A stretch of DNA of 64,000 bases from an uncultured Flavobacteriaceae bacterium (GTDB lineage Bacteria > Bacteroidota > Bacteroidia > Flavobacteriales > Flavobacteriaceae). The stretch is taken from contig CAVTJB010000003.1 in NCBI GenBank assembly GCA_963734985.1, forward strand, positions 42,807-106,806, written 5' to 3'. Of this stretch, positions 13,345 to 20,695 are shown piece by piece. Position numbers and translations under genes: made by a program. The notes beneath the pieces were generated by a model, which made no database searches, was not told the DNA's origin, and was given only the letters and a program-made list of their open reading frames with translations. Position 1 is the first letter of the stretch, and the number at the start of each line of letters is the position of its first letter.

Positions 13345-13347
13345 TTT

Positions 13348-13381
13348 TTATTTAGATTGATTATAAGTAAGGACAAATTTA
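13348..13381 (-). promoter_or_regulatory. feoAB promoter with a palindromic metal-repressor box
   Basis: TAAATTTG -7 element on the minus strand (13374-13381). Imperfect palindrome TTATTTAGA-N5-TATAAGTAA at 13348-13370, just upstream of feoA. Confidence 0.6.
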
Positions 13382-13450
13382 AGGGAAAAATGTTGAATCG
13401 AAGGATGTTTGACGGAAAAATTAGATACTCGCATTTACTTCTACCATTGC

Positions 13451-14134
13451 CTACCTACCTTCTTGCCGATAAGACTTTTCCAAAATCGCCACATCTTTCA
13501 TCAGCTTATCGACATCCGCTTTCTTGGTTCCGTCGTAAAACCCGCGAATACGCCGTTGCTTGTCTACCAAAATAAAGTTTTCGGTATGAATCATGTCGAA
13601 GGGGCCACCGTTGCCATCCTCTTTTACGGCCAGATATGATTTTCGGGCCAGATCGTAAATCTGTTTCTTATCCCCGGTGACGAGATTCCATTTGGAGTCA
13701 TCGACCCCTTTTTCCAAGGCGTATTTTTTAAGCTGGGCGACGGAATCGATTCGCGGGGTGACAGAGTGGGATAATAGCATGACGTCATCATCATTTTCTA
13801 TTCGTTCTTGTATATCGACCATGTTCTTGGTCATGATGGGGCAAATCGAAGGACAGGTGGTATAGAAGAAATCCGCAATGTATATCTTACCCTTGTAATC
13901 TTCCTGCGTTACCGTCTTTCCGTTCTGGTTAATCAAAGAAAAGTCGGCAACGGTATGGTATTTTCTGACGCCTTGAAGGGTACTGTCAACCAGTTCGGCG
14001 TTTACCATCGAGGGTTGGTAGACCGCCAAAGTTTTTTCGGGTTGCAGCGCATTATAGAATAGGTAAATGATAATAGCGGACAGGCAGAAAAATACGATTC
14101 CGAAAATTTTGAACTTGCCGAAGAACGAACGCAT
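13451..14134 (-). CDS. SCO1/SenC family copper chaperone
   Basis: FFYTTCPSICP (CxxxC) and the conserved His in MIHTENF. Confidence 0.95.
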   Translation of the reverse strand: MRSFFGKFKIFGIVFFCLSAIIIYLFYNALQPEKTLAVYQPSMVNAELVDSTLQGVRKYHTVADFSLINQNGKTVTQEDYKGKIYIADFFYTTCPSICPIMTKNMVDIQERIENDDDVMLLSHSVTPRIDSVAQLKKYALEKGVDDSKWNLVTGDKKQIYDLARKSYLAVKEDGNGGPFDMIHTENFILVDKQRRIRGFYDGTKKADVDKLMKDVAILEKSYRQEGR

Positions 14135-14145
14135 ACGCTTTTTGA

Positions 14146-14267
14146 CAAAGATACGTTAGTAAGGTCTGACGTTCAAATGCTGGCCGAGACGGTGCTGCCA
14201 AATGTTTCTTAAAAACCGCCGCCCGTTCAGGATTCTTTTTCTAAGAGGTGTTAAAAGCGTACTTTTG
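14146..14267. promoter_or_regulatory. Divergent Bacteroidota sigma-A promoters for SCO and rseP
   Basis: TATCTTTG on the minus strand (14146-14153) and TACTTTTG on the plus strand (14260-14267), both matching TAnnTTTG. Confidence 0.6.
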
Positions 14268-14312
14268 TGCGCTGAATTCGCAAAAAGTTTACTTTAACCA
14301 TATACTATATCG

Positions 14313-15671
14313 ATGAGTCCCCTTTTAATAAAGACCATACAGTTTTTCTTAAGCCTATCGTTGCTGATCGTACTGCATGAGCTGGGCCATTTCATTCCCG
14401 CCAAACTTTTTAAGACCCGGGTCGAAAAATTCTACCTCTTTTTTGATGTTAAATTTTCCCTTTTCAAGAAGAAGATCGGAGAGACGGTCTATGGCATCGG
14501 ATGGCTTCCTTTGGGCGGCTATGTGAAGATTGCCGGTATGATCGACGAGAGTATGGACACCGATGCGATGAAGGAAGAACCCAAAGATTGGGAGTTCCGC
14601 AGCAAACCGGCCTGGCAGCGTTTGATCATCATGTTGGGCGGGGTTACCGTCAACTTTATTCTCGCTTTCATTATTTATGTCGGACTGGCCTACGCCTACG
14701 GGGATCAATATATACCTGCGGATAGCCTAAAAGATGGGGTTTCGGTGACGGAAAAGGAAATCGGCGACGAAATCGGAATACAGACAGGCGATAAGATTCT
14801 TGCAGTCGACGGGGAAAAGATTAAAGATTTTCAAAGTGTTTTCATGCATATCATCAATGGTAACTCAATTACCATTGAAAGAGACGGCCAAACCATCGAG
14901 CGGGATATACCGGTGGATTTTATCAATACGCTCATCGATGATACGGACAAAGCGCAGTTTTTGGCCCCGAGGTTCCCTTTCGTGGTTGCTGAAGTTTCCC
15001 CGGAATCGTTAAATAAGGATTCAGGGTTGCAAAAAGAGGATGAAGTGGTTGCCATAGCAGGTCATCAAATTAAATATTTTGATCAGGTCAAGCCGATCTT
15101 GGAAAATTATAGAAACCAAAAGATAGATTTGACCGTAGTTCGCGACAAAAATGTTAAAAAAGAAATTCCCGTAACTATCAACGACTCAGCATTGATCGGG
15201 ATTCGCCCCTACATACCGACCATGAAAGAAATGGAAGAAAGGGGCTTGTTACGCGTAGAAACCGTGAATTACTCGTTGATGGAATCCATTCCCGCTGGCA
15301 TTAATAAAGGGGCAAGCACGTTGACCGGCTATCTAAAACAGTTAAAGAAAATTTTTAATCCCGATACGGGAGCTTACAAGGGGGTCGGAGGTTTTGCCGC
15401 CATCGGCGGCCTATTTCCTGATGTATGGAACTGGCAGGTTTTTTGGGGCACAACCGCTTTTCTGTCCATAATGTTGGCCGTTTTGAACCTGTTGCCTATT
15501 CCGGCCTTGGACGGGGGGCATGTCATGTTCCTGCTCTATGAAATGGTTACCGGAAGGGCGCCCAGCGACAAATTCCTGGAATACGCCCAAATGGTGGGAT
15601 TTTTTCTATTGTTGGCCCTTATACTCTTTGCTAACGGTAACGACCTGTACCGCTGGCTGACGGATAAATAG
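14313..15671 (+). CDS. rseP: RIP metalloprotease RseP
   Basis: HELGH zinc motif, PDZ region and LNLLPIPALDGG. Confidence 0.97.
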   Translation: MSPLLIKTIQFFLSLSLLIVLHELGHFIPAKLFKTRVEKFYLFFDVKFSLFKKKIGETVYGIGWLPLGGYVKIAGMIDESMDTDAMKEEPKDWEFRSKPAWQRLIIMLGGVTVNFILAFIIYVGLAYAYGDQYIPADSLKDGVSVTEKEIGDEIGIQTGDKILAVDGEKIKDFQSVFMHIINGNSITIERDGQTIERDIPVDFINTLIDDTDKAQFLAPRFPFVVAEVSPESLNKDSGLQKEDEVVAIAGHQIKYFDQVKPILENYRNQKIDLTVVRDKNVKKEIPVTINDSALIGIRPYIPTMKEMEERGLLRVETVNYSLMESIPAGINKGASTLTGYLKQLKKIFNPDTGAYKGVGGFAAIGGLFPDVWNWQVFWGTTAFLSIMLAVLNLLPIPALDGGHVMFLLYEMVTGRAPSDKFLEYAQMVGFFLLLALILFANGNDLYRWLTDK

Positions 15672-15684
15672 TAATCGAAATTTG

Positions 15685-15715
15685 TTTGGGACAATTAAAA
15701 AAACAATTATATTTG
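15685..15715 (+). promoter_or_regulatory. tRNA promoter
   Basis: TTTG (15685-15688), a 19-nt spacer, then TATATTTG (15708-15715), matching the Bacteroidota -33/-7 consensus. Confidence 0.75.
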
Positions 15716-15784
15716 CACCCTCTTAAGCTGTTTCGCCTAATACAAAGGGCTTAAGTCCTCGAAGAGACGGTGATTGACATATTT

Positions 15785-15858
15785 TCCTCCATAGCTCAGT
15801 TGGTTAGAGCACCTGACTGTTAATCAGGGTGTCGCTGGTTCGAGTCCAGCTGGAGGAG
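15785..15858 (+). tRNA. tRNA-Asn(GTT)
   Basis: TCCTCCA/TGGAGGA acceptor stem, CCTGA-CTGTTAA-TCAGG anticodon arm and a GGTTCGAGTCC T arm. Confidence 0.97.
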
Positions 15859-15870
15859 CTAAGTGATAGC

Positions 15871-15905
15871 AGGCCTTTCGAGAAATCGAGAGGCTTCTTC
15901 TTTTA
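15871..15905 (+). terminator. Terminator hairpin after tRNA-Asn
   Basis: GCCT-TTCGA-GAAA-TCGAG-AGGC followed by a T-rich tail. Confidence 0.7.
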
Positions 15906-16062
15906 GGGTCTGTACTACATCTGTACAACAAATCGGTTATTTTTGAAACAGCCGTTATGGCCAGTATGTATATCAACTATTGTCCGAAACTTTTGAGAAA
16001 TTAACATACAAGTGAAGAATTCTTGAGCAAAATTATGGATATCCAGAATCTTCTCTAAAATC

Positions 16063-16113
16063 TGCCTGTCACGTCACGCAGGGGGTCGCGGGTTCTAGTC
16101 CCGTCCAGACCGC
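16063..16113 (+). pseudogene. 3' half of tRNA-Asp(GTC), att-like remnant
   Basis: TGCCTGTCACG[TCACG]CAGGGGGTCGCGGGTTCTAGTCCCGTCCAGACCGC covers the anticodon arm to the acceptor 3' strand. There is no 5' half, a 5-bp duplication is present, and the T loop reads TTCTA instead of TTCGA. Confidence 0.8.
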
Positions 16114-16123
16114 TAGTAAAACA

Positions 16124-16153
16124 AGGGCCTCCGAGATATCGGAGACCTTTTTT
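16124..16153 (+). terminator. Terminator hairpin after the tRNA-Asp remnant
   Basis: GG(C)CTCCGA-GATA-TCGGAGACC followed by T6; it resembles the hairpin after tRNA-Asn. Confidence 0.7.
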
Positions 16154-16407
16154 GTTTTCAAATTTCTGCTTATACTCTCGAAATTGAGAATTAATACAAT
16201 TTTTCTTTACGGAAATTTAGATGATTTGATTTTGATTGAATTATATATAAATGAGAGAGGTCATTAGTTAGCCATACCCACGGTTTTCAAAGAAGCAAGT
16301 ACCTTTTTGAAGATTATAGAATCAAATGAATATACTATTTACAGATGGAGCAGACGAAAACTGGCTTAGAATTCTGAAAAGGTATAGGTTCAGCGTATTT
16401 AATAGAA

Positions 16408-17838
16408 TCAAATTTTTGGTACCGAATCCGCCGCCACAAAAAACGCTTCGGTCGGGGGGTCGATTCCGTTATTGATCAAGAGACCGGGCCTTTCCTTTTT
16501 TAGGGATGCCACTGCGTTTTCGGTCACCCCGGTATCCCAAAGATACAGGCTTTTCAGGTTGGGCAAATCTTTAAAGGTAGAAATGCTCTCGTCGGTGATC
16601 GCCGTGCCGTAGATCTTCAACAGCTGCAGGTTCTTCAGGGAGGATAGTTTCCGTACCTCGGTATCGCCCACCGGGGTCCTGTCCAGCTCGAGCCTTTCCA
16701 GGTTGGCAAATGTCGCTATCGCATCGATCTCGTTCCCGCCGACCGGGATCCCGCTCAGGTCGAGTTCCACGATGTTGTCGGCCACCCGCCCGAGATCGGC
16801 AAGGGTCTTGGGGTCATATTCGGGGGGCGGGAAGAATACGGCCCCCAACGCGTCGGAGTTGCCCGCGATACGCGTTATGCTCAAATAGTCGGAAGCCAGG
16901 TTCCGTAGCGTACTGTCCGCCACCTGGGGCAACCTCGCCCATTTTTCCGCGGGGTCGGGCGCCATCATGTCCTTTATAAGACCTGCCAGGGGCTCTCCAT
17001 CGGCCAGCCCGTCGAGCCGCAGCGTATCGGAGGCGCCCGTGGCGATCCACCGTTCCAGGATGGCGATCTCGTTTTCTTCGAGTTGCCTCTTGTCCTCCGG
17101 CGGCATATGGTCCTCGTCGTCCAAAGGCAAATGCACCCTTTTGATCATCTCGCTTTCCTCCGGGCTTCCCGCTACCCATATAGGCCCGTTTTCCCCGCCC
17201 TGCGACAATCCGTCAAAACTGGTCATTACCAGTTCGCCCTTCTGTTTGTTCGGGTTGTGGCACGATACGCACTTGTCGTCCAAGATCCGGAAGACCACGT
17301 CCTTATAAATAATCGGGTTTTCGGGGATCTTATCGTCGGGCCCCTGCGTAGGAAGTGCGAGAAATTCCTCGCCGTGGGTGACCATTCCCCCGTAATGCCC
17401 CGTAAGGCCGATCGTTCCGATCAACAGAACCTGCAATGCCTTGGTGTACATCGCCCTTTCCAGTCCCATGGAGTCCAGGGCGTACCATAGGGCCGCGATC
17501 AGGGCCGTTGCCCCGCCCAACCATTGGTGCCAAAAGAGCAGGTCGCCCTTTATCGGCACCTCCTTGCCCAAAAAGAATCCCAGGATGGCCGTTACCAGGG
17601 CGGACAGAACGGCGACCGTCAGCAGGGGTCCCGGGACCGACCTTCCCGTCAGGCCCAGAAAAATGGCGATCAACAGAAGTACGATGGGAAAGTGCAGTAC
17701 GAGCGGATGCCACCTCCCCAGCCAGGCCACCAGGTCCGGGAGCTCGATATAGGGCTCGAACAACAGGCAGAAGATCAGGAATACGGAGAGCCCGAGGACG
17801 GTGTAGTCGGCCAGGCGATGTTCAGTGGCTGTGGTCAT
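16408..17838 (-). CDS. Membrane-anchored planctomycete-type cytochrome c protein with C-terminal LRR-like domain
   Basis: Four N-terminal TM segments (GRWHPLVLHFPI; GHYGGMVTHG), heme motif CVSCH, HMPP, and leucine-rich repeats (LERLELDRTPV, LKSLYLWDTGV). Confidence 0.88.
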   Translation of the reverse strand: MTTATEHRLADYTVLGLSVFLIFCLLFEPYIELPDLVAWLGRWHPLVLHFPIVLLLIAIFLGLTGRSVPGPLLTVAVLSALVTAILGFFLGKEVPIKGDLLFWHQWLGGATALIAALWYALDSMGLERAMYTKALQVLLIGTIGLTGHYGGMVTHGEEFLALPTQGPDDKIPENPIIYKDVVFRILDDKCVSCHNPNKQKGELVMTSFDGLSQGGENGPIWVAGSPEESEMIKRVHLPLDDEDHMPPEDKRQLEENEIAILERWIATGASDTLRLDGLADGEPLAGLIKDMMAPDPAEKWARLPQVADSTLRNLASDYLSITRIAGNSDALGAVFFPPPEYDPKTLADLGRVADNIVELDLSGIPVGGNEIDAIATFANLERLELDRTPVGDTEVRKLSSLKNLQLLKIYGTAITDESISTFKDLPNLKSLYLWDTGVTENAVASLKKERPGLLINNGIDPPTEAFFVAADSVPKI

Positions 17839-17959
17839 ATAATCGGTATGGGGCGTTTAGTCGTTATCACAAAGTTTTTGGTAGGCGAAGGGCGGTGGGG
17901 GGCGATGGGCCGTACCTCATGGTTCGGCACGATCGGTCCGGTAAGGTTTCGAGCCTTTA

Positions 17960-18961
17960 TCATTTGGCGCCCACTACCGATTCCCCCTCCATATATTCCT
18001 CCCTCACGACCCTGGCGGTCCTATGGTCACCGGTATGGCTCCAACCGGGCGGCATTACGATATACAGGAGTTTGTTCTTGAGGCCCGGGGCGTTCCATAC
18101 GTCCTTGGCCAAGATCACGAATTCCCCGAAATAAACATCCAAAAAGTTACCGGAGTCCACAGGGCGGGTGATGCCGTATTCTACCTTTTCCCCTTTTTTC
18201 TCCTCTTGATAGGTGCCGAAGACACGGTCCCATATATTCAAGAGATTGCAAAAGTTGGTATCGATATACAATGGATTTCTGGCATGGTGTACCCGATGGT
18301 GCGATGGGGTAAGGATAAATTTGCCCACGGCACCGAACCGGGCGTCCCTGACCATATTTTCCCCGACATGTATGAAGGCGCCATAGGTACCGTCAATGAA
18401 CATTATGGCGAACAGCATGGCCGGTTCGACCCCCGCCAAAATGCATACGGTCGTCCTGATGGTATCGGCATAGGGCGCCTCGAGAAAGAAATGGGCATAG
18501 GTCACCGAAAGGTTCATGTTCTCGGGGGCGTGGTGCGTGGAGTGCAGGCACCAGAACAGCCGTACCTTGTGGCCCCAATAGTGGTACAAAAAATGTCCGA
18601 ACTCCCAAACGATATATCCATAGATGAACCAGTACCAGGTAGGGGAGGTCCGTAAAAGCGCATAGGGCTGCAGCCAACCGATGATCAATACGACCATGGC
18701 GATGGCGATAAAACGGCCTACGAACCGGTTGAATATATAGATAAGGAAGGTGACCTTATAGACCTTGGTCTGGGGCTTTTTGTAGACCAGGCCCAAAATA
18801 AACTCCAATAGCACCAATAAGGGGATAATCGGTAGAATAAAGGCGGTAAAGCCATCATACGTGAGGAGTACGCTGTAATCACCTTCCCGTAGAATTTCCC
18901 AGGCATTTTCGATGCCCAGAAAACCGATGATCTCGTCGTATAGGGTTTTAAGGATGTCCAT
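17960..18961 (-). CDS. Sterol desaturase / fatty-acid hydroxylase family membrane di-iron enzyme (alkylglycerol monooxygenase-like)
   Basis: His boxes HFLYHYWGH, HSTHH and HHRVHH, plus DRVFGTY. Confidence 0.88.
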   Translation of the reverse strand: MDILKTLYDEIIGFLGIENAWEILREGDYSVLLTYDGFTAFILPIIPLLVLLEFILGLVYKKPQTKVYKVTFLIYIFNRFVGRFIAIAMVVLIIGWLQPYALLRTSPTWYWFIYGYIVWEFGHFLYHYWGHKVRLFWCLHSTHHAPENMNLSVTYAHFFLEAPYADTIRTTVCILAGVEPAMLFAIMFIDGTYGAFIHVGENMVRDARFGAVGKFILTPSHHRVHHARNPLYIDTNFCNLLNIWDRVFGTYQEEKKGEKVEYGITRPVDSGNFLDVYFGEFVILAKDVWNAPGLKNKLLYIVMPPGWSHTGDHRTARVVREEYMEGESVVGAK

Positions 18962-19097
18962 AGGGGCGTTGCTATTTATCGGATGAAAGTAATTTCACTG
19001 TTAAAAGGCCTCAGCCTTGATGAGCGGGCGGTATGCGGTCGGCATAGTTTGATTTTTTGATATCTTTTCACTAAATACTTATTGCCCATTACTACCC

Positions 19098-20561
19098 TCA
19101 TGCCAACAGGTCCTCGACTACGTTGCCCGCCACATCGGTCAGGCGAAAGCGCCGGCCCTGGTACTTGTAGGTCAGCTGCTCGTGGTCGAGCCCCATGGCA
19201 TACAGCAGGGTGGCGTGGAAATCGTTGATGTGCACGGGGTTTTCCACCACGTTGTACCCGAACTCGTCGGTCAGGCCGTAATTGAGCCCAGGTTTGATGC
19301 CGCCGCCGGCCATCCAGATGCTGAAGGCCCGCGGGTGGTGGTCGCGGCCGTAATTGGTCGGGTCGAAATTGCCCTGGCAGTAGTTGGTACGGCCGAACTC
19401 GCCGCCCCAGACGACCAGGGTATCGTCGAGCATACCGCGCTGTTTAAGGTCGAGCACCAGGGCGGCGGAGGCCTGGTCGACGTCCCTGGCCTGCCCCGCC
19501 ATCTCGTTGGGCAGGTTGCCGTGCTGGTCCCAGCCCTGGTGGTAGAGCTGTACAAAGCGCACGCCGTTCTCGGCCAGCCGCCTTGCCTGAAGGGCGTTGG
19601 CCGCATAGGTGCCCGGCACCTGGCAGTCCTCGCCGTAGAGCCTGATGATGGATTCCGGTTCCTTGGAGATGTCCATCACGTCCGGGACGGACATCTGCAT
19701 CCGGTAGGCCATCTCGTACTGTGCGATGCGCGATTCGATCTCGTCGTCGCCGGTCTCCACATGGTGCAGTCTGTTCAGGGACGATACCTCGTCCAACAGG
19801 TGCCTTTTGTCGGAGCGCGATATGCCGTCGGGGTCGTTCAGGTAGAGTACCGGGTCCTTGCCGGAGCGCAGCAGCACGCCCTGGTGCTTGGAGTCCAAAA
19901 ACCCGCTGGACCAGAGTTTGGAGTACAGCCCCTGGCTGTTGCCCTTGCCCCTTGAGGTCAGCACCACGAAGGAGGGCAGGTTCTTGTTCTCGCTGCCCAG
20001 CCCGTAGCTCATCCACGATCCCATGCTCGGGCGGCCGGACTGTTGGCTGCCGGTCTGGAAAAAGGTGATGGCCGGGTCGTGGTTGATGGCCTCGGTGTGC
20101 ATGCTGCGCACCACGGTGATCTCGTCGGCGATCTTCCCGATATGCGGAAAGTAGTCGCTGACCCAGGTACCGCTCTGCCCGTACTGTTTGAAATCCACCG
20201 CGGGCGGCATCAGGGGGAACCTGTCCTGATCGGCGGTCATACCGGTCAGGCGCTGGCCGTCACGGATCGATGCGGGCAGGTCCTCGCCCATACGCTTGCG
20301 CAGGGCGGGCTTATGGTCGAAGGTCTCGAACTGCGAGGGGGCACCGGCCTGGAACAGGTAGATGACCCGTTTCGCCCTGGGCGCAAAATGCGGAATGCCC
20401 AGCGGTCGGGAAGCCATTTCTTCCGCAGCCTTCCCCTTGAACAGGTCGGGGATCAGCAAGGAACCGAGCGCCAGCGAGCCGATGCCCACGCTCAGCTGCC
20501 CGAAGAAATGGCGCCGGTTGACCTTTAGGGGGTTTTCGTTTTTGTTCTTGCTTTCTTCCAT
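19098..20561 (-). CDS. DUF1501 family protein (Tat-exported, sulfatase/alkaline-phosphatase-like)
   Basis: Tat motif NRRHF, plus AKRVIYLFQAGAPSQFETFD, INHDPA, GWDQH, WGGEFGR and GRDHH. Confidence 0.93.
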   Translation of the reverse strand: MEESKNKNENPLKVNRRHFFGQLSVGIGSLALGSLLIPDLFKGKAAEEMASRPLGIPHFAPRAKRVIYLFQAGAPSQFETFDHKPALRKRMGEDLPASIRDGQRLTGMTADQDRFPLMPPAVDFKQYGQSGTWVSDYFPHIGKIADEITVVRSMHTEAINHDPAITFFQTGSQQSGRPSMGSWMSYGLGSENKNLPSFVVLTSRGKGNSQGLYSKLWSSGFLDSKHQGVLLRSGKDPVLYLNDPDGISRSDKRHLLDEVSSLNRLHHVETGDDEIESRIAQYEMAYRMQMSVPDVMDISKEPESIIRLYGEDCQVPGTYAANALQARRLAENGVRFVQLYHQGWDQHGNLPNEMAGQARDVDQASAALVLDLKQRGMLDDTLVVWGGEFGRTNYCQGNFDPTNYGRDHHPRAFSIWMAGGGIKPGLNYGLTDEFGYNVVENPVHINDFHATLLYAMGLDHEQLTYKYQGRRFRLTDVAGNVVEDLLA

Positions 20562-20695
20562 ATATTTATCCGTTTATCCTCTCATTACGCTTTGGGAAAC
20601 TAGGCCGTTCCGACCGCCTTCCCTACAGGCTACAAGAGCCGAGGTTCAAGAATACATCGACCTGTAAACTGTTAGTACGGGAAGTCCGGACAGTT

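Noticed and set aside
16063-16113. Functional tRNA-Asp
   Set aside because: No 5' acceptor strand or D arm, a duplicated anticodon-arm segment and a mutated T loop.
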